Part shown: positions 48,822-60,035 of the stretch, piece by piece | Position numbering within the stretch: position 1 is the stretch's first letter | Layout of the letters: every line of letters begins with the position of its first letter | Assembly (NCBI GenBank): GCA_963744405.1 | Contig: CAVUTO010000008.1 | Coordinates: 25,163-89,162 of the forward strand | Source of the DNA: Vicinamibacterales bacterium | GTDB lineage: Bacteria; Acidobacteriota; Vicinamibacteria; Vicinamibacterales; JAMQPK01 | DNA: 64,000 nt | Reading direction: 5' to 3' | Notes under the pieces: model-generated | Databases searched by the model: none | Told to the model about the DNA's origin: nothing | Seen by the model: only the letters and a program-made list of their open reading frames with translations | Position numbers and translations under genes: made by a program

Positions 48822-49505
48822 TTACCTGCTCGCTGCGATTCGGTAGACGCACCGGCGGTCACCCGCAACGATGTGCTCGGACCGCTCAACGGCGACGCCC
48901 GGCCCCAGCGCCGAGCGGAAGAGGTCGAGCTCGCTGGCGCAGAAGCCCTGGCACACAGTAGCCGCTGCGCAGATCGGGCAATGGTTCTCGATCAAGAGAA
49001 AGGCGGCGCCGTCCCGCTTGACCTCGGCCATGTAGCCTTCGTCGGCGCGGATTTTCGCGAGCTGCTGCACCTTTTTTCCGAGCGGCGCGGAGGCCGTTAT
49101 CCGCTCGCCGTATTCGGCGCGCTGCCGCGCCACCCGCGCGTCGAGCAGGCGCGCCATGCCCTCGGGACCGAATGCGTCCTGCACCGACGTCATCAGCGCC
49201 GCGTTCAGCTCGGCGTACGCGTCGGGGAACAACCGGTCGGCGTCTTTCGTCAGCTTCCAGAACTTCGCCGGGCGGCCAAGCGGCACCGGCCGCTCTTCCG
49301 CGCTGACGAGCTTTTCCTGCTGCAGCGCATACAGATGTTGCCGCACGGCCATCGCCGTCACCTGCAGCCGCGCTGCGAGCGACGCCGAGTCCATCGCCCC
49401 CTCGGTTTTCAGCAGCTTGACGATGCGCCTGCGGGTTTTTGTCTCGTCCGCCTTCGCGCTTCCCCGCCCATCGCTTCGGCGCGACAGGGCTGCGTATCTG
49501 CCCAT
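48822..49505 (-). CDS. ArsR-like HTH transcriptional regulator (SufR-like, Cys-containing)
   Basis: HTH LAARLQVTAMAVRQHL, GRPAKFWKLT, ENHCPICAAATVCQGFCASEL, GDRRCVY. Confidence 0.85.
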   Translation of the reverse strand: MGRYAALSRRSDGRGSAKADETKTRRRIVKLLKTEGAMDSASLAARLQVTAMAVRQHLYALQQEKLVSAEERPVPLGRPAKFWKLTKDADRLFPDAYAELNAALMTSVQDAFGPEGMARLLDARVARQRAEYGERITASAPLGKKVQQLAKIRADEGYMAEVKRDGAAFLLIENHCPICAAATVCQGFCASELDLFRSALGPGVAVERSEHIVAGDRRCVYRIAASR

Positions 49506-49509
49506 GAAA

Positions 49510-49587
49510 CATTTCTAAAGCAGTTGCTTTACAAAGTCAACGGCCGGGAGTAGACTCCGACTAAGTAAAGGAGATTCTTTAGAAATG
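49510..49587. promoter_or_regulatory. Overlapping divergent sigma70 promoters with two TAAAG-N6-CTTTA operators
   Basis: Minus strand TTGACT-N17-TAGAAA; plus strand TTTACA-N17-TAGACT; palindromes at 49516-49531 and 49566-49581. Confidence 0.72.
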
Positions 49588-50379
49588 CCTTCTACCCCCT
49601 TCACCGGCATCCGCGTCGCTGTCACCGGCGGCACGTCGGGGCTCGGGCTCGCCCTCGTCCATCTCCTGCACGAGCACGGCGCGCGGGTCGCGTTCGTCGC
49701 GCGTGGCCGCGAACGGGTGGAAGAAGTCGCCCGAACACATCCGGGCTCGCACGGCATCGTCGGAGATGTTGCGGCGAAAGACGACATCTATCCAACGGCG
49801 CTGCAGATTCTCGGCGAGCTGGGAGGCCTCGACATCCTCGTCAACAATGCATCGGCTCTCGGTCCGACGCCGCTGGCACTCCTCGGCGACACGCAGTGCG
49901 AAGATTTGGAGCGCGCGCTCGCGACCAACGTCCTCGGTCCGTTCCGTCTCACGAAGGCGCTGCTCGGCGCACTCGCCGCATCGGCACGCGAAGGGCGAGG
50001 AGCGGTTGTCCTGAACGTGTCGAGCGACGCAGCGGTGAATGCGTATCCCACCTGGGGCGCATACGGCGCGAGCAAAGCAGCCCTTCGACACCTGACCCAC
50101 ATCTGGGATGCGGAGCTCTCGGAACACGGGGTGCGTTTCCTGTCCATCGATCCAGGCGACATGGATACGCCGCTGCACGCGCTTGCGGTTCCGGATGCGG
50201 ATCTGTCGACCCTGAAGCGTCCAGACGTCGCCGCGCGCGAGATGCTCGACGCCATCGCGGAAGCGCTAGAACGCTTTCATGTCCGTGTAGTGTCTGGCTT
50301 CAGCCAGACCGTGCTCGGTCCGCCTGAAGGCGGACACTACCGCAAGGACGAGCGGATGGCCCCCACGACAGATCAATGA
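49585..50379 (+). CDS. SDR family oxidoreductase
   Basis: TGGTSGLG, LVNNAS, YGASK, IDPGDMDT. C-terminus partly REP-derived. Confidence 0.9.
   Translation: MPSTPFTGIRVAVTGGTSGLGLALVHLLHEHGARVAFVARGRERVEEVARTHPGSHGIVGDVAAKDDIYPTALQILGELGGLDILVNNASALGPTPLALLGDTQCEDLERALATNVLGPFRLTKALLGALAASAREGRGAVVLNVSSDAAVNAYPTWGAYGASKAALRHLTHIWDAELSEHGVRFLSIDPGDMDTPLHALAVPDADLSTLKRPDVAAREMLDAIAEALERFHVRVVSGFSQTVLGPPEGGHYRKDERMAPTTDQ
50287..50340. repeat. GTAG REP doublet inside the 3' end of the SDR gene
   Basis: GTAGTGTCTGGCTTCAGCCAGAC...GTCCGCCTGAAGGCGGACACTAC. Confidence 0.85.
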
Positions 50380-51392
50380 CTGCCGCCAGGCTGCTTATCG
50401 TCGACCCTCGCCAGGGGCTGCGACACATCCCTCGCGGCCAACTCGTCGACGTGCTGCAGGCCGGCGACCTCGTCGTCGCGAACGACGCGGCGACATTGCC
50501 GGCGAGCCTGCAGGGCACTCATACCCGAACCGGCGAGATGATTGAAGTGCGGCTTGCCGGCCGCGGCTCCATGTCGCCCGACCTCGCAGATTTCTCTGCC
50601 GTCGTCTTCGGCGCCGGTGATTTCCACACCAGAACCGAGAATCGCCCTCTCCCGCCGACGCTCCTACGGGGCGACGCGCTTGCGCTCGGTCCGCTGACGG
50701 CGACGGTGACGGACGTTCTGGGGCACGCGCGCCTGATCTCGCTGCACTTCGACGGAGTCGACAGACGAGATCTGGTCTGGCATCGCGCATCACGGCCGGC
50801 CCGTTCAGTACGCGCACGTGCCCACGCCCCTCGCACTTTGGGACGTATGGACGCGGATTGCCAGCCCGCCGGTTGCCTTCGAGCCGCCATCTGCTGGATT
50901 CGCGCTCGACTGGCAGATGATCGCGGCGCATGCGCACCCGCAACATCGGCTTCGCGACGATCACGCACGCTGCGGGCATCTCTTCGACGGGAGATGCGAG
51001 CTCGACGCACGGCTCCCTCTGGACGAGCCGTATGACGTGCCGGTCTCGACGGCTCGCGCGATCGCGCACGCGCGAGCCAGCGGCGGCCGTGTCGTTGCGA
51101 TTGGTACGACCGTCGTCCGCGCACTGGAGCATTCGGCGATGCGGCGACGGCGCTGTGCACGCGGGCCCGGGCGTCGCGACTGAACGCGTCGGGTCAGAAC
51201 ACGCGCCTGCGCGTGGTCGACGCCATTCTGACGGGCGTCCACGAGCGCGGGACCAGCCACTACGAGCTGCTCCGCGCGTTTGCCGACGACTCGACGTTGT
51301 CTGCAGCTGACGAAGAGCTGGCCGCACACGGATACCGCCCGCACGAATTTGGCGACTCGGTCCTCGTGATACCGCCGCCGCACCATTGGTAG
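50376..51392 (+). CDS. QueA-like S-adenosylmethionine:tRNA ribosyltransferase-isomerase paralogue, frameshifted
   Basis: GDLVVANDAATLPASL, PVQYAH, AFEPPSAG, ITHAAGISS, GRVVAIGTTVVRALE, ILTGVHE, HEFGDS across several frames. Confidence 0.8.
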
Positions 51393-51479
51393 ATTTGTAG
51401 ACTGTAAGAAACGTGCTCCGGCAGTCTGCCAATGCAAGGCAGCTGACTTCCAAGGCTGTGAATGTAGAATACGGCCTTT

Positions 51480-52277
51480 GTGCCTCAGTCAAAATCTGCG
51501 GACTTCCTGAGCTCGCTTTTTTCTCTCGACACCAAGGTCGCGGTCGTCATCGGCGGCACTGGCGAACTGTGCGGCGCGATGGCCGAGGGGCTCGCCGGCG
51601 CCGGCGCGGAGGTCGTCATCGTCGGCCGCAACGAAGAAAAGGCCCGGGCGAGGCTCGCAAAGATCGAAGCGGCTGGCGGCCGAGCATGGTTTCACGCCGC
51701 AGAAGCGACCAGCAAGCCCGAGATCGAAGCGCTGCTCGGCGCCGTCCTGCAGCGCTCCGGGCGTGTGGACATCGTCGTCAACGGCGCCGGCATCAACTCG
51801 GCCACGCCGTTCTTCGATATCGCCGAAGAAGAGTTCGATCGGATCGTGCGCGTGAACCTGAAGGGGGTCTTTTTCGGCTGCCAGGTATTCGGCAGGCATC
51901 TCGTCGACGCGGGCCAGGGCGGATCGATCATCAACATCGGTTCGATGTCCGGTCTCGTGCCGCTCTCGCGCGTCTTCACCTACTCGGCGACCAAGAGCGC
52001 CGTGCACAATCTCTCGCTCAATCTGGCCCGCGAGTGGGCGCCGCATCGCGTGCGCGTCAACGTGCTGGTGCCGGGCTTTTTTCCCGCAGAGCAGAATCGG
52101 AAGATCCTTCAGCCCGAGCGCATCGCGAAGATCATGGCCCACACGCCGATGGATCGCTTCGGCGAGGCCCGCGAGCTCATCGGCGCGACGCTGCTGCTGG
52201 CGAGCGACAGAGCCGGCTCGTTCATTACGGGCGAAGAGCTCATCGTCGACGGCGGATTTCACGCCATGGCCCTTTGA
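51480..52277 (+). CDS. SDR oxidoreductase, UxuB/fructuronate-reductase-like
   Basis: [46 protein letters not shown]. Confidence 0.82.
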   Translation: MPQSKSADFLSSLFSLDTKVAVVIGGTGELCGAMAEGLAGAGAEVVIVGRNEEKARARLAKIEAAGGRAWFHAAEATSKPEIEALLGAVLQRSGRVDIVVNGAGINSATPFFDIAEEEFDRIVRVNLKGVFFGCQVFGRHLVDAGQGGSIINIGSMSGLVPLSRVFTYSATKSAVHNLSLNLAREWAPHRVRVNVLVPGFFPAEQNRKILQPERIAKIMAHTPMDRFGEARELIGATLLLASDRAGSFITGEELIVDGGFHAMAL

Positions 52278-54141
52278 TGCGACCAGTCAACCGGTTTCTG
52301 CTCGACAACAACCTTCGCATCTCGCACAACCCCTGCATCAGTCCGGACTTCTGCCTCGACTGGCCGGCGCTCGGCGCCAAGCTGACGGATGCCTCTGTGA
52401 AGGAACGTCCCAACACCCGGTTCGAGACCGCAGCCGGACGCTGGACGCTCCTCGAAGACGAGACGACGTGCGACTGCGCGTGGAAGCTGCAGCCGCGCGA
52501 GAAAGGGGCGCGGAAGCAACGCGCTGGCCGATGGCGTGGCTCTGGCCGATGGCGACGTTCGCGTTTCCTGCCACATGGGAGAACCTGCTTCGGCTGAAGA
52601 ACGCGGTGCAGGAGCACGATCCCGACTCGACGATCTTTCCGACGGCCGGCGCCAATCTGGGACGCAGCACGCTGGGAATCGGCGCACGATTCACCACGCT
52701 GCACTGGCCCGCGGTCGAGTGGGCAATGCACGCGCTCAATCTCGGCGTCACGGCCAATCAGAACAGCATTCCCCGCGAGCTGGTATTCGACGTCGACGCG
52801 ATGCTCGAAGGGCGGCTCGATACGGTGCCGTTTCCGTTCATCGGCACGAGCGTGCCCGAAGGGCATCAGGGACAAAGCGTCGAAGGCATGAGCCACGGCT
52901 GCGTGCTGTCGAAGCTGAAGACCGGGTTTCATCGCCGGCGCATCGCGTGGAGCTTCAACGCCGATCACCAGCCCATTGGCGGCAAATTCGACGCGCGGGA
53001 GGACGCGCTGGTGCGCGGGTTGCCTGCTCGCCAGCTACATCACGTTCGATTTGTCGCCGGAGCTCGCGCAGACGCGCCCGCCGGCCGACGCCGCTGTCAT
53101 GGGTGAAGGCGAACGTTCCGTCCGCTCTCGTCGATCGCGTGCGCTCGCGCGTTGCGTCCGTCGGCCTCACCCTCGACGACGCCGAGTTTTCGAAGCTGCT
53201 CGCCTATGTCTGGCCGGCGCTCGAGAAGATGAAGCGCCGCGACGACAAGTACCGCGCCGCGCGGGAAAGGCCTTCACGACAGAGACGGAAGGCGCTATCT
53301 CCGCGAGCTGTCCATCGACGAGCTGCCCGGGTTGACGACTCCCGAAACGACGGCGGCGATGCTCTCGTTGTGCGAGGCGCTCGACATGCGCATCAACTTC
53401 GTGGCGCCGGCGTTCGGCTTTCAGAAAAACACACCGTATCCGGACAACGCCGAGCTGCGATCGCTCATCGAGAGGCAGTGGGCCGTGTGCCGCGCGTTCG
53501 ATTCGAGCATCGGCTTTCATTCCGGATCGGGAAAGTCCGCGGAAAACTATCAGGTGATGGGGTCCGTCACGGGCGGTCACCTCGAGGTCAAGACGAGCGG
53601 ACGCTACACGTACGAGATGGGCGTGGCGCTATCGACGTCGAAAAATGCCGCGGATGCGGCCTTGTGGCGCGACTGGTACCGCTTCACGATTGACATGGCG
53701 ATCGACGGTGCCTTCAGCAGCGACGCCACGGAGCAGAAGATGGCGCGCACGTTCATCTCGACGTCGCTCGCGACCGACCGAGGGCCCGCGCACCTGGGAA
53801 ACCCGTTCGATTCCCCGACGTCATGCCTCAGAGCGCTCGAGGCGCTGCCGCCGAGCCCCGAATACATGTTTTTCTTCGAATACAACTTCCTCTTCGTGCT
53901 CGCTGCTGGCGGCCGGCCCGACAAGACGGCGCTCGGCGACCACTCACCTGCCGGTTACGCGCAGCGCGCGCGGTTCTATTCCATCAGCCCCGAAGCGCGC
54001 CTCAACTTTGCCAGGGCGATCGCCCACTACATCGTCTTCCTGGCCGCGACAACCGGACTGGTCGAGGCCAATCGCTGCGCGACAGCCGCTGCGCGCCTCG
54101 ATCGGTATGGCTCGCTCGAAGAGATGCTGTCCGAGATCTGA
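52277..54141 (+). CDS. Divergent tagaturonate/fructuronate epimerase (UxaE)-like protein, frameshifted
   Basis: TLGIGARF, NQNSIPREL, FNADHQ, ELSIDE..GLTTP, FVAPAF, FHSGSGK, VKTSG occur in the UxaE motif order. Confidence 0.68.
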
Positions 54142-54337
54142 GGGCTGAGGGCTTAGAGCGTTGTTTCAGAATGTTGTAGGCACGCTTCGGTTCCACGTCT
54201 CCGCGTTCCAAACGTTCGAGGTGGGCGGCGGATTCGCGCCTTCATTTCTCGAGAATCCAAAAGAGACGCGCGTCAGCATCCACGGCGTCCACCGCGAACG
54301 AGGACACGCGGAACAGGAACTCGGGCAACCGACGCGA

Positions 54338-54378
54338 CGTTTTTCACAACGCCGGTAACCACAGCGTTGTGGAAAACG
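54338..54378. terminator. Hairpin between convergent genes
   Basis: TTTTCACAACGC...GCGTTGTGGAAAA inverted repeat, flanked by AGGGCT(C/T/G)-type short repeats at 54141-54155 and 54383-54410. Confidence 0.45.
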
Positions 54379-54387
54379 GTCCAGGGC

Positions 54388-56777
54388 TCAGGGCTTAGGG
54401 TTAGGCTCAGCGTTTGAACGGCGGCTGAGTTTCACCTGGATGCCGATCTGAAACGTCCGGTCCGACCCCAAAGTGCGTGCCGCTGAAAGGATTTCCGAAG
54501 TTATACGCAAATCGCTCGCCGGTGATGTTCAGAATCGACCCGCGCAGCGTGAACTCGTGCCCACCGGACCGGAACAGTCTGCGTGCCGGCCATCACGTCG
54601 AACAATTGCCGCGGAAGTACCCGGCCTGTTTCGAAGTTCACGAGCTCGCTGCCCGGCCGCTCCATCAACTCGTCGAGCTCGTCTTCATCCACTTCGAGCG
54701 GCGTGCCGCTCTCGTAGCGGCCGCCGAACGACGCCCAGAAACGGTTCGTCGGATGGTCGTAGCTGACGCCGAACGCCGCAACGTGGCGTTGATCGTGGTC
54801 GGGCGTAAAGGCGGTGCCGTCGGCAATCTCGAGAACTTCGTCCTCGAGGAAGAGCCCTCCGGTTACCGGGCCGTACTGGACGACGCGCGCATTGGTGTAG
54901 CTGACGTAACCGGATGCGCCCCGGCGGCGTGGCAAATCGAACCGGACGTCAAAGCCCTCGGCCTTGCCGCGCGCGATCGCATTCGGCACGATGATCGTCG
55001 TCCCGAACAGCACGTTCGGATCGCCCACGTTCTCGACGCGCCGCAGCCAATACGACATATCCAGCCGCACGCCGTGTGGGAGCGTCTGGTTCACGCCCAG
55101 CTCAGTCGCCCACTGCCGCTCCGGCTCGAGGTCTTCGCCACCGCCGGTCTCGTCGACGAAGGGCGAAAGCTCGCGTGCCTCCTCGGATGATCCGAGCAGG
55201 AGGTTCTCGGCCTGCGGCGGCTGGAAGAACCGGTCGACCGACCCGCGGATCGTCGTTCCGCTGTTGGGCAGGTGGTAAGCGACACCGAGGCGCGGACTCC
55301 ACTGCGATGCCTCAGCGAGCATTCGGACGCGATCGGCTCGAACACCGACGTCGACCGTCAAGCCGCGGCCGAACTGAATCGAATCCTGAATATAGAAGGC
55401 GAACAGCATTGGATGCTCGTGGCCGTTGAACACGAAGGGGTTGTCCTCGTCGTGCTCGAGCGCTCCTTCGCTGAGATCGGCGTCTTCGCCCGCTTCTTCG
55501 TCCGTAACGAAAAACATGAAGTCTTCGCCGAGGCTCAGGCGCGCGGCCTCGACGCCAGCCTTCAGCACGTGTATGCCTCGATTATGCGTCACGCTTCCCA
55601 GCACACCGGTGCGCCGCAGCGTGCGATCGGCGTCGATGTACAACGGCGTGTCGCGTTCGGTGCCAATGAGCCCTGCCGATCCCGACCGGTGGTACCCGGC
55701 GATTTGCGACACCGTGTTGGCCGACCATGCACGCTGCCACGATGCGGTCTGCCACGTCTGCAGGTTTGTCTGACGCTGGTCCTGGCCCGCCGCTTCCTGA
55801 TCTTCGTTGTGCGGCACATCGAAGCTCGATCGCCCGAATCCTCCAACAACAGACAGCGTGCTCAACGGAGAGGCCAGCCACGTGAACTCGCCCGTTCCGT
55901 TGGCGGCATTGCCGCTGTTGTGCAGGTTGTCTGGATGCACCGGATCGAGGAAGCGGTTCGATCTCTGCCCGGAGAAGCCGAGTGTCAGCGCGGTTGAACG
56001 GCCCAACGGACCGCCGAATATCGACGACCCCTGGTGCGTGGCGTCGCTGCCAGTGACTGCCTGCACGTTGCCGAGCCACGAGTCACTGTTGCGCGACGAC
56101 GTCCTCACTTCGATCACTCCGCCCGACTTGAAGCCAAACTCGGGCGGCACATGGCCCACCATGACATTCACCGACTCGACCATCTCCGGATCGGGCGCGA
56201 TGCCGTGCGCGCTGTCCATCCGCTCGTACATCGGCACGCCGTCGACGACGTACAGAAACCCATCGTCGACACCGCGCGCGTGCATCAGGCCGTTGTCTTC
56301 GGTCGCCCATCCGGGCGTCGTGGCAATCGCATCCTGCAAACCGCGGCTGCTGATGCGGATCGGCGCGCGGCGTACGGCATCGCCGGCCAGCGTGGTGCGG
56401 GTTGTCGTGGTGACAGGCTGGTTCGTTTCGGCTATGACATTCAGCTGCTCCGCGAGAGCGGCAGACAATTTCAATTCGAGCGCAATTGGCAGCGCGTCGG
56501 CGACCGTCAGGGTCTGCACCACCGCCTCGAACGGCGCCGCTTCGGCTTTCAGCGAATAGCTGCCGAGCGCCACGTTCGTCATGCGGAACTGACCGTTCGT
56601 CGCCGTGACGGTCGTCACCGCGTTTCCGAGCTGGTCGTAAAGCGTGACTTGCGCGGTGCCGATGGAGGCGCCACCCGGTCCAACGAGCGAACCGACAATC
56701 GTTCCCTGTTGAAGTTGGGCGAGCGACGGCGTCGCGAAGAGACAGAGGCCGAGGGCTATGGCTGCGACCGATTTCAT
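54388..56777 (-). CDS. TonB-dependent receptor; frameshifts near the 3' end, end approximate
   Basis: Signal peptide, PGWATEDNGLMHARG, WSPRLGVAY, TPDHDQR; continues in another frame as NITGERFAYNFGNPFSGTHF. Confidence 0.82.
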
Positions 56778-56804
56778 AGCGTAGCCATAGGATAACGCGT
56801 TGAC

Positions 56805-56940
56805 GCCGGGTCCAAAAAGATGGCGGGTCCAAAGAACCCGCCCTAGTACTTCAATAGGTAGTACTTCAATAGGTAGTGTCCGGCTTTAGCCGGACCGACT
56901 GTGGCCGTCGGCCGAAGGTCCGCCTGAAGGCGGACACTAC
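56805..56940. repeat. REP cluster: GGCGGGTCC-AAA-GAACCCGCC hairpin, 15-bp tandem duplication and GTAG REP doublet
   Basis: TAGTACTTCAATAGG twice (56844-56873), then GTAGTGTCCGGCTTTAGCCGGAC...GTCCGCCTGAAGGCGGACACTAC. Confidence 0.8.
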
Positions 56941-59900
56941 ATATCGCATCCAACCCCAGAGCATGGACGGGCGGAAATCGTCGAGAAACGTGTAGACAAC
57001 CGGCACCACGAGCAGCGAGAGCAGCGTCGATGTGATCAGCCCGCCAATGACCGCGCGCGCCATCGGGGCGCGCATTTCGGCGCCGGCGCCGATCGCAAAT
57101 GCAAGCGGCAGCATACCGAATATCATCGCGAGCGTCGTCATCACGATGGGCCTCAGCCGCGTCGTGCCGGCCTGCAGCAGCGCCTGGTGACGCGACATCC
57201 CCTCGGCTCGCGCCTGGTTCGTGAAGTCGACGAGAAGAATTGCGTTCTTCGTGACGAGCCCCATCAGCATGATGAGGCCGATCATGCTCATGATGTTGAG
57301 CGTGTCGCGCGTGAAATACAGCATCACCGCCACGCCGACCAGCGAGAGCGGCAGCGACAGCATGATCGCCAGCGGATGCGTGAACGAGCCGAACTGCGAC
57401 GCCAGGATCAGATAGATGAAGATGACCGCGAGCAGCAGCGCCTGGAACATGTTGCTGAACATGATCTCGAGCTCTTCGGTATCTCCACCTGCCACGACGT
57501 CGTAGCCCGGCGGCATCGCCAGCTTCGCCGCCGCGGCGTTGATGTCGTTCGAGAGCTCCTGCAGCGGCCGGCCGTCGGTGTTCGCCGACACGCGCACCTC
57601 GCGTACGAGGTCGCGCCGGCGAATCGAGGACGGCCCGGTTCCGGGATATACCGTCGCGATTTCGCTGAGCGGCTTCAGAATCTTGTCGCCGTGCTCGTCG
57701 TCTTTGTCCGTCGCCACGGTCAGCAGGGCAAGATCTTCGGCGAACCGGCGTTGATCGGCACGCAGCCTGACACGAACGTTGTGGTTGTCGCCGATCGAGT
57801 CTTGAATCGTCGTCGCCACGACGCCGACCACACCGGCCTGCATCGTTGACGCGACGACCGACACGGGAATTCCCAGATCGCTCGCGCGCTGGCGATCGAC
57901 GTTGACCCGCAGCTCGGGCTTTGATTTCTCGAGACTGTTCTCGATGTCGGCCGCTCCAGGGATCTGGCGCATGGCGGTCACCAACTCGCGCGACAGCCGG
58001 TCGAGCTCGTCGATGTCGGTGCCGCGCACGCTGATCTGAATCGGTTTCTGGCCAAAGGCGCCCGCTTCGGTCAGCCCGAACGTCAAGCCGGGCACCTGCT
58101 CGAACTTTGTCGCGCGCTGAGCGCAGCACGTCGCTGAACGTACCGCCGGTGTGCGGCTTCAGCTTCACGTAGATTGCGCCTTCGGTGACCGGCCGATATT
58201 GCGAACCCGCTTCGCCGATCGTCGTATAGGTGTACTCGACTGCCGGGCAGCTCGCGCAGCTTCGCGATCGACCTGCTGCGCACGATCGGCCGTCTCTCTC
58301 AGCGTCGCGCCCGGGCGTCGCCTTGATTGCGACCTGATATTCGCCGCGATTGTAGTCGGGCATGAAGTCGCCGCCGAGCATCGGCGAGAATCGGGAACGC
58401 GCTCACGAATGCCACCAGCGCAACGGCCGACACCACCCAGCGATGCCGCAACGACCAGTCGAGCGTCCGCTCGTAGGACCCATGCATGCTGTCGAACCGG
58501 CGGTTGAAGCCCTGCAGTATGCGCCCGACGAACCCGCGCCGCCGATGCTCCTCGACGTCGGGGTCGTACCACCGCGACGAGAGCATCGGATCGAGCGTGA
58601 AGCTGACGAACAACGACACGAGCACGGCCGCGGCGACCGTGATGCCGAACTCGTAGAAGAACTGGCCGACCATGCCGCCCATGAACGCAACAGGGATGAA
58701 CACCGCGATGATGGTGAAGGTCGTCGCCATGACCGCGAGGCCGATTTCCGCCGTTCCCTCACGCGCGGCCTCGAGATGGTCCTTCCCCTTCTGCATGTGG
58801 CGGACGATGTTCTCCCGGACGACGATCGCGTCGTCGATGAGCATCCCGATCGCGAGGGAAAGGCCCATCAGCGTCAGCACGTTCAACGTGAAGCCGAACA
58901 TGCGCATGGCGATGAACGCGGCGACGACGGAAATTGGCAGCGTCAGCCCCGTGATGACCGTCGATCGCCACGAGTTGAGGAACAGGAACACGATGAAGAC
59001 GGTCAGAAGACCGCCGAGAACGAGCGTCACCTGCACGTCTTCGATCGACTCGCGGATGAACGTCGAGTCGTCGCGGACCATCTGCAGCGATACGCCGGGC
59101 GGCAGCTCGGGCTGCATCTTCGCCACTGCTTCACGCACGCCGTCGGCGACGCCGACCGTATTCGCGCCGGCCTGCTTCTGCACGTCGAGCGCGATGGCAG
59201 GCCGCTCGTTGACGAACGCAACGCTTGTCGCCTCTTCAACGCCATCGATCACCTGTGCCACGTCGCGCACGAGAACCGTGCGGTTGCCGAGCTGCTTGAC
59301 CGGAATGTCGCCGATTTGCGCGGCCGACGTTCCCCGCGCCGCAACGCGCACCATCGCCTCGGTTGCGCCGCGATCGGCAGTGCCGACAGGCGCATCGACG
59401 TTCTGTGTGCGAAGGGCATCGACGACCTCGACGAGCGAGAGCCCGTACGACTCGAGCCGCGTCCGATCGGCAACGACCTGAATCTCGCGCTTCGCCTCGC
59501 CGACGAGGTTGACGGCACCAACGCCGGGCACGTTCTCGAGGCGCCGCTTCACGAGCTTGTCGGCAATGTCCGAGACGGCCCGTGGCGTCAGCGTCGGCGC
59601 GTTCACCGCCACAGACACGATCGGCGTCGAAGCGGGGTCAATTCGCAGAATGATCGGTTCGTCAATCTCGCGCGGCAGTTCCCCCCGAATCGCCGCGACC
59701 TTGCCGCGGATGTCCTGCGAGGCGTTCAGCGTCGGCACGCCGACGTTGAACTGCACGACGATGTTCGACAGGCCTTCCTGGGACGTCGACTCGATGTGGC
59801 GTACGCCTTCGACAGTGTTCACCGCTTCTTCGATGAACTTCGTGACGTCTCGCTCGACGGTCTCCGGCGACGCGCCCGTATATCGAGTCGTCACGGTCAC

Positions 59901-60032
59901 GACAGGGAACTCGACGTCCGGGAAAAGGTCGACCTTCAGCGCCTGGTACGACGTGAGGCCGAGGACGGCCAGCGCGGCCATCATCATCGTGGCGAACACC
60001 GGCTGCTTGATTGAGAGATCGCTGAGAAACAT
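56866..60032 (-). CDS. RND efflux permease (AcrB/SwrC-like), frameshifted around 58.1-58.4 kb
   Basis: MFLSDLSIKQPVFA, GMLIDDAIVVRENI, GLVTKNAILLVD, RLRPIVMTT. Confidence 0.9.
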
Positions 60033-60035
60033 GGC

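Noticed and set aside
50700-53330. Programmed ribosomal frameshifting in the QueA-like and UxaE-like genes
   Set aside because: Several shifts per gene, no slippery heptamers noticed, and neighbouring genes are affected alike, so sequencing error is more likely.
54153-54340. Small ORF or sRNA between the epimerase and receptor genes
   Set aside because: No consistent frame, RBS or recognisable RNA family, so it cannot be supported.
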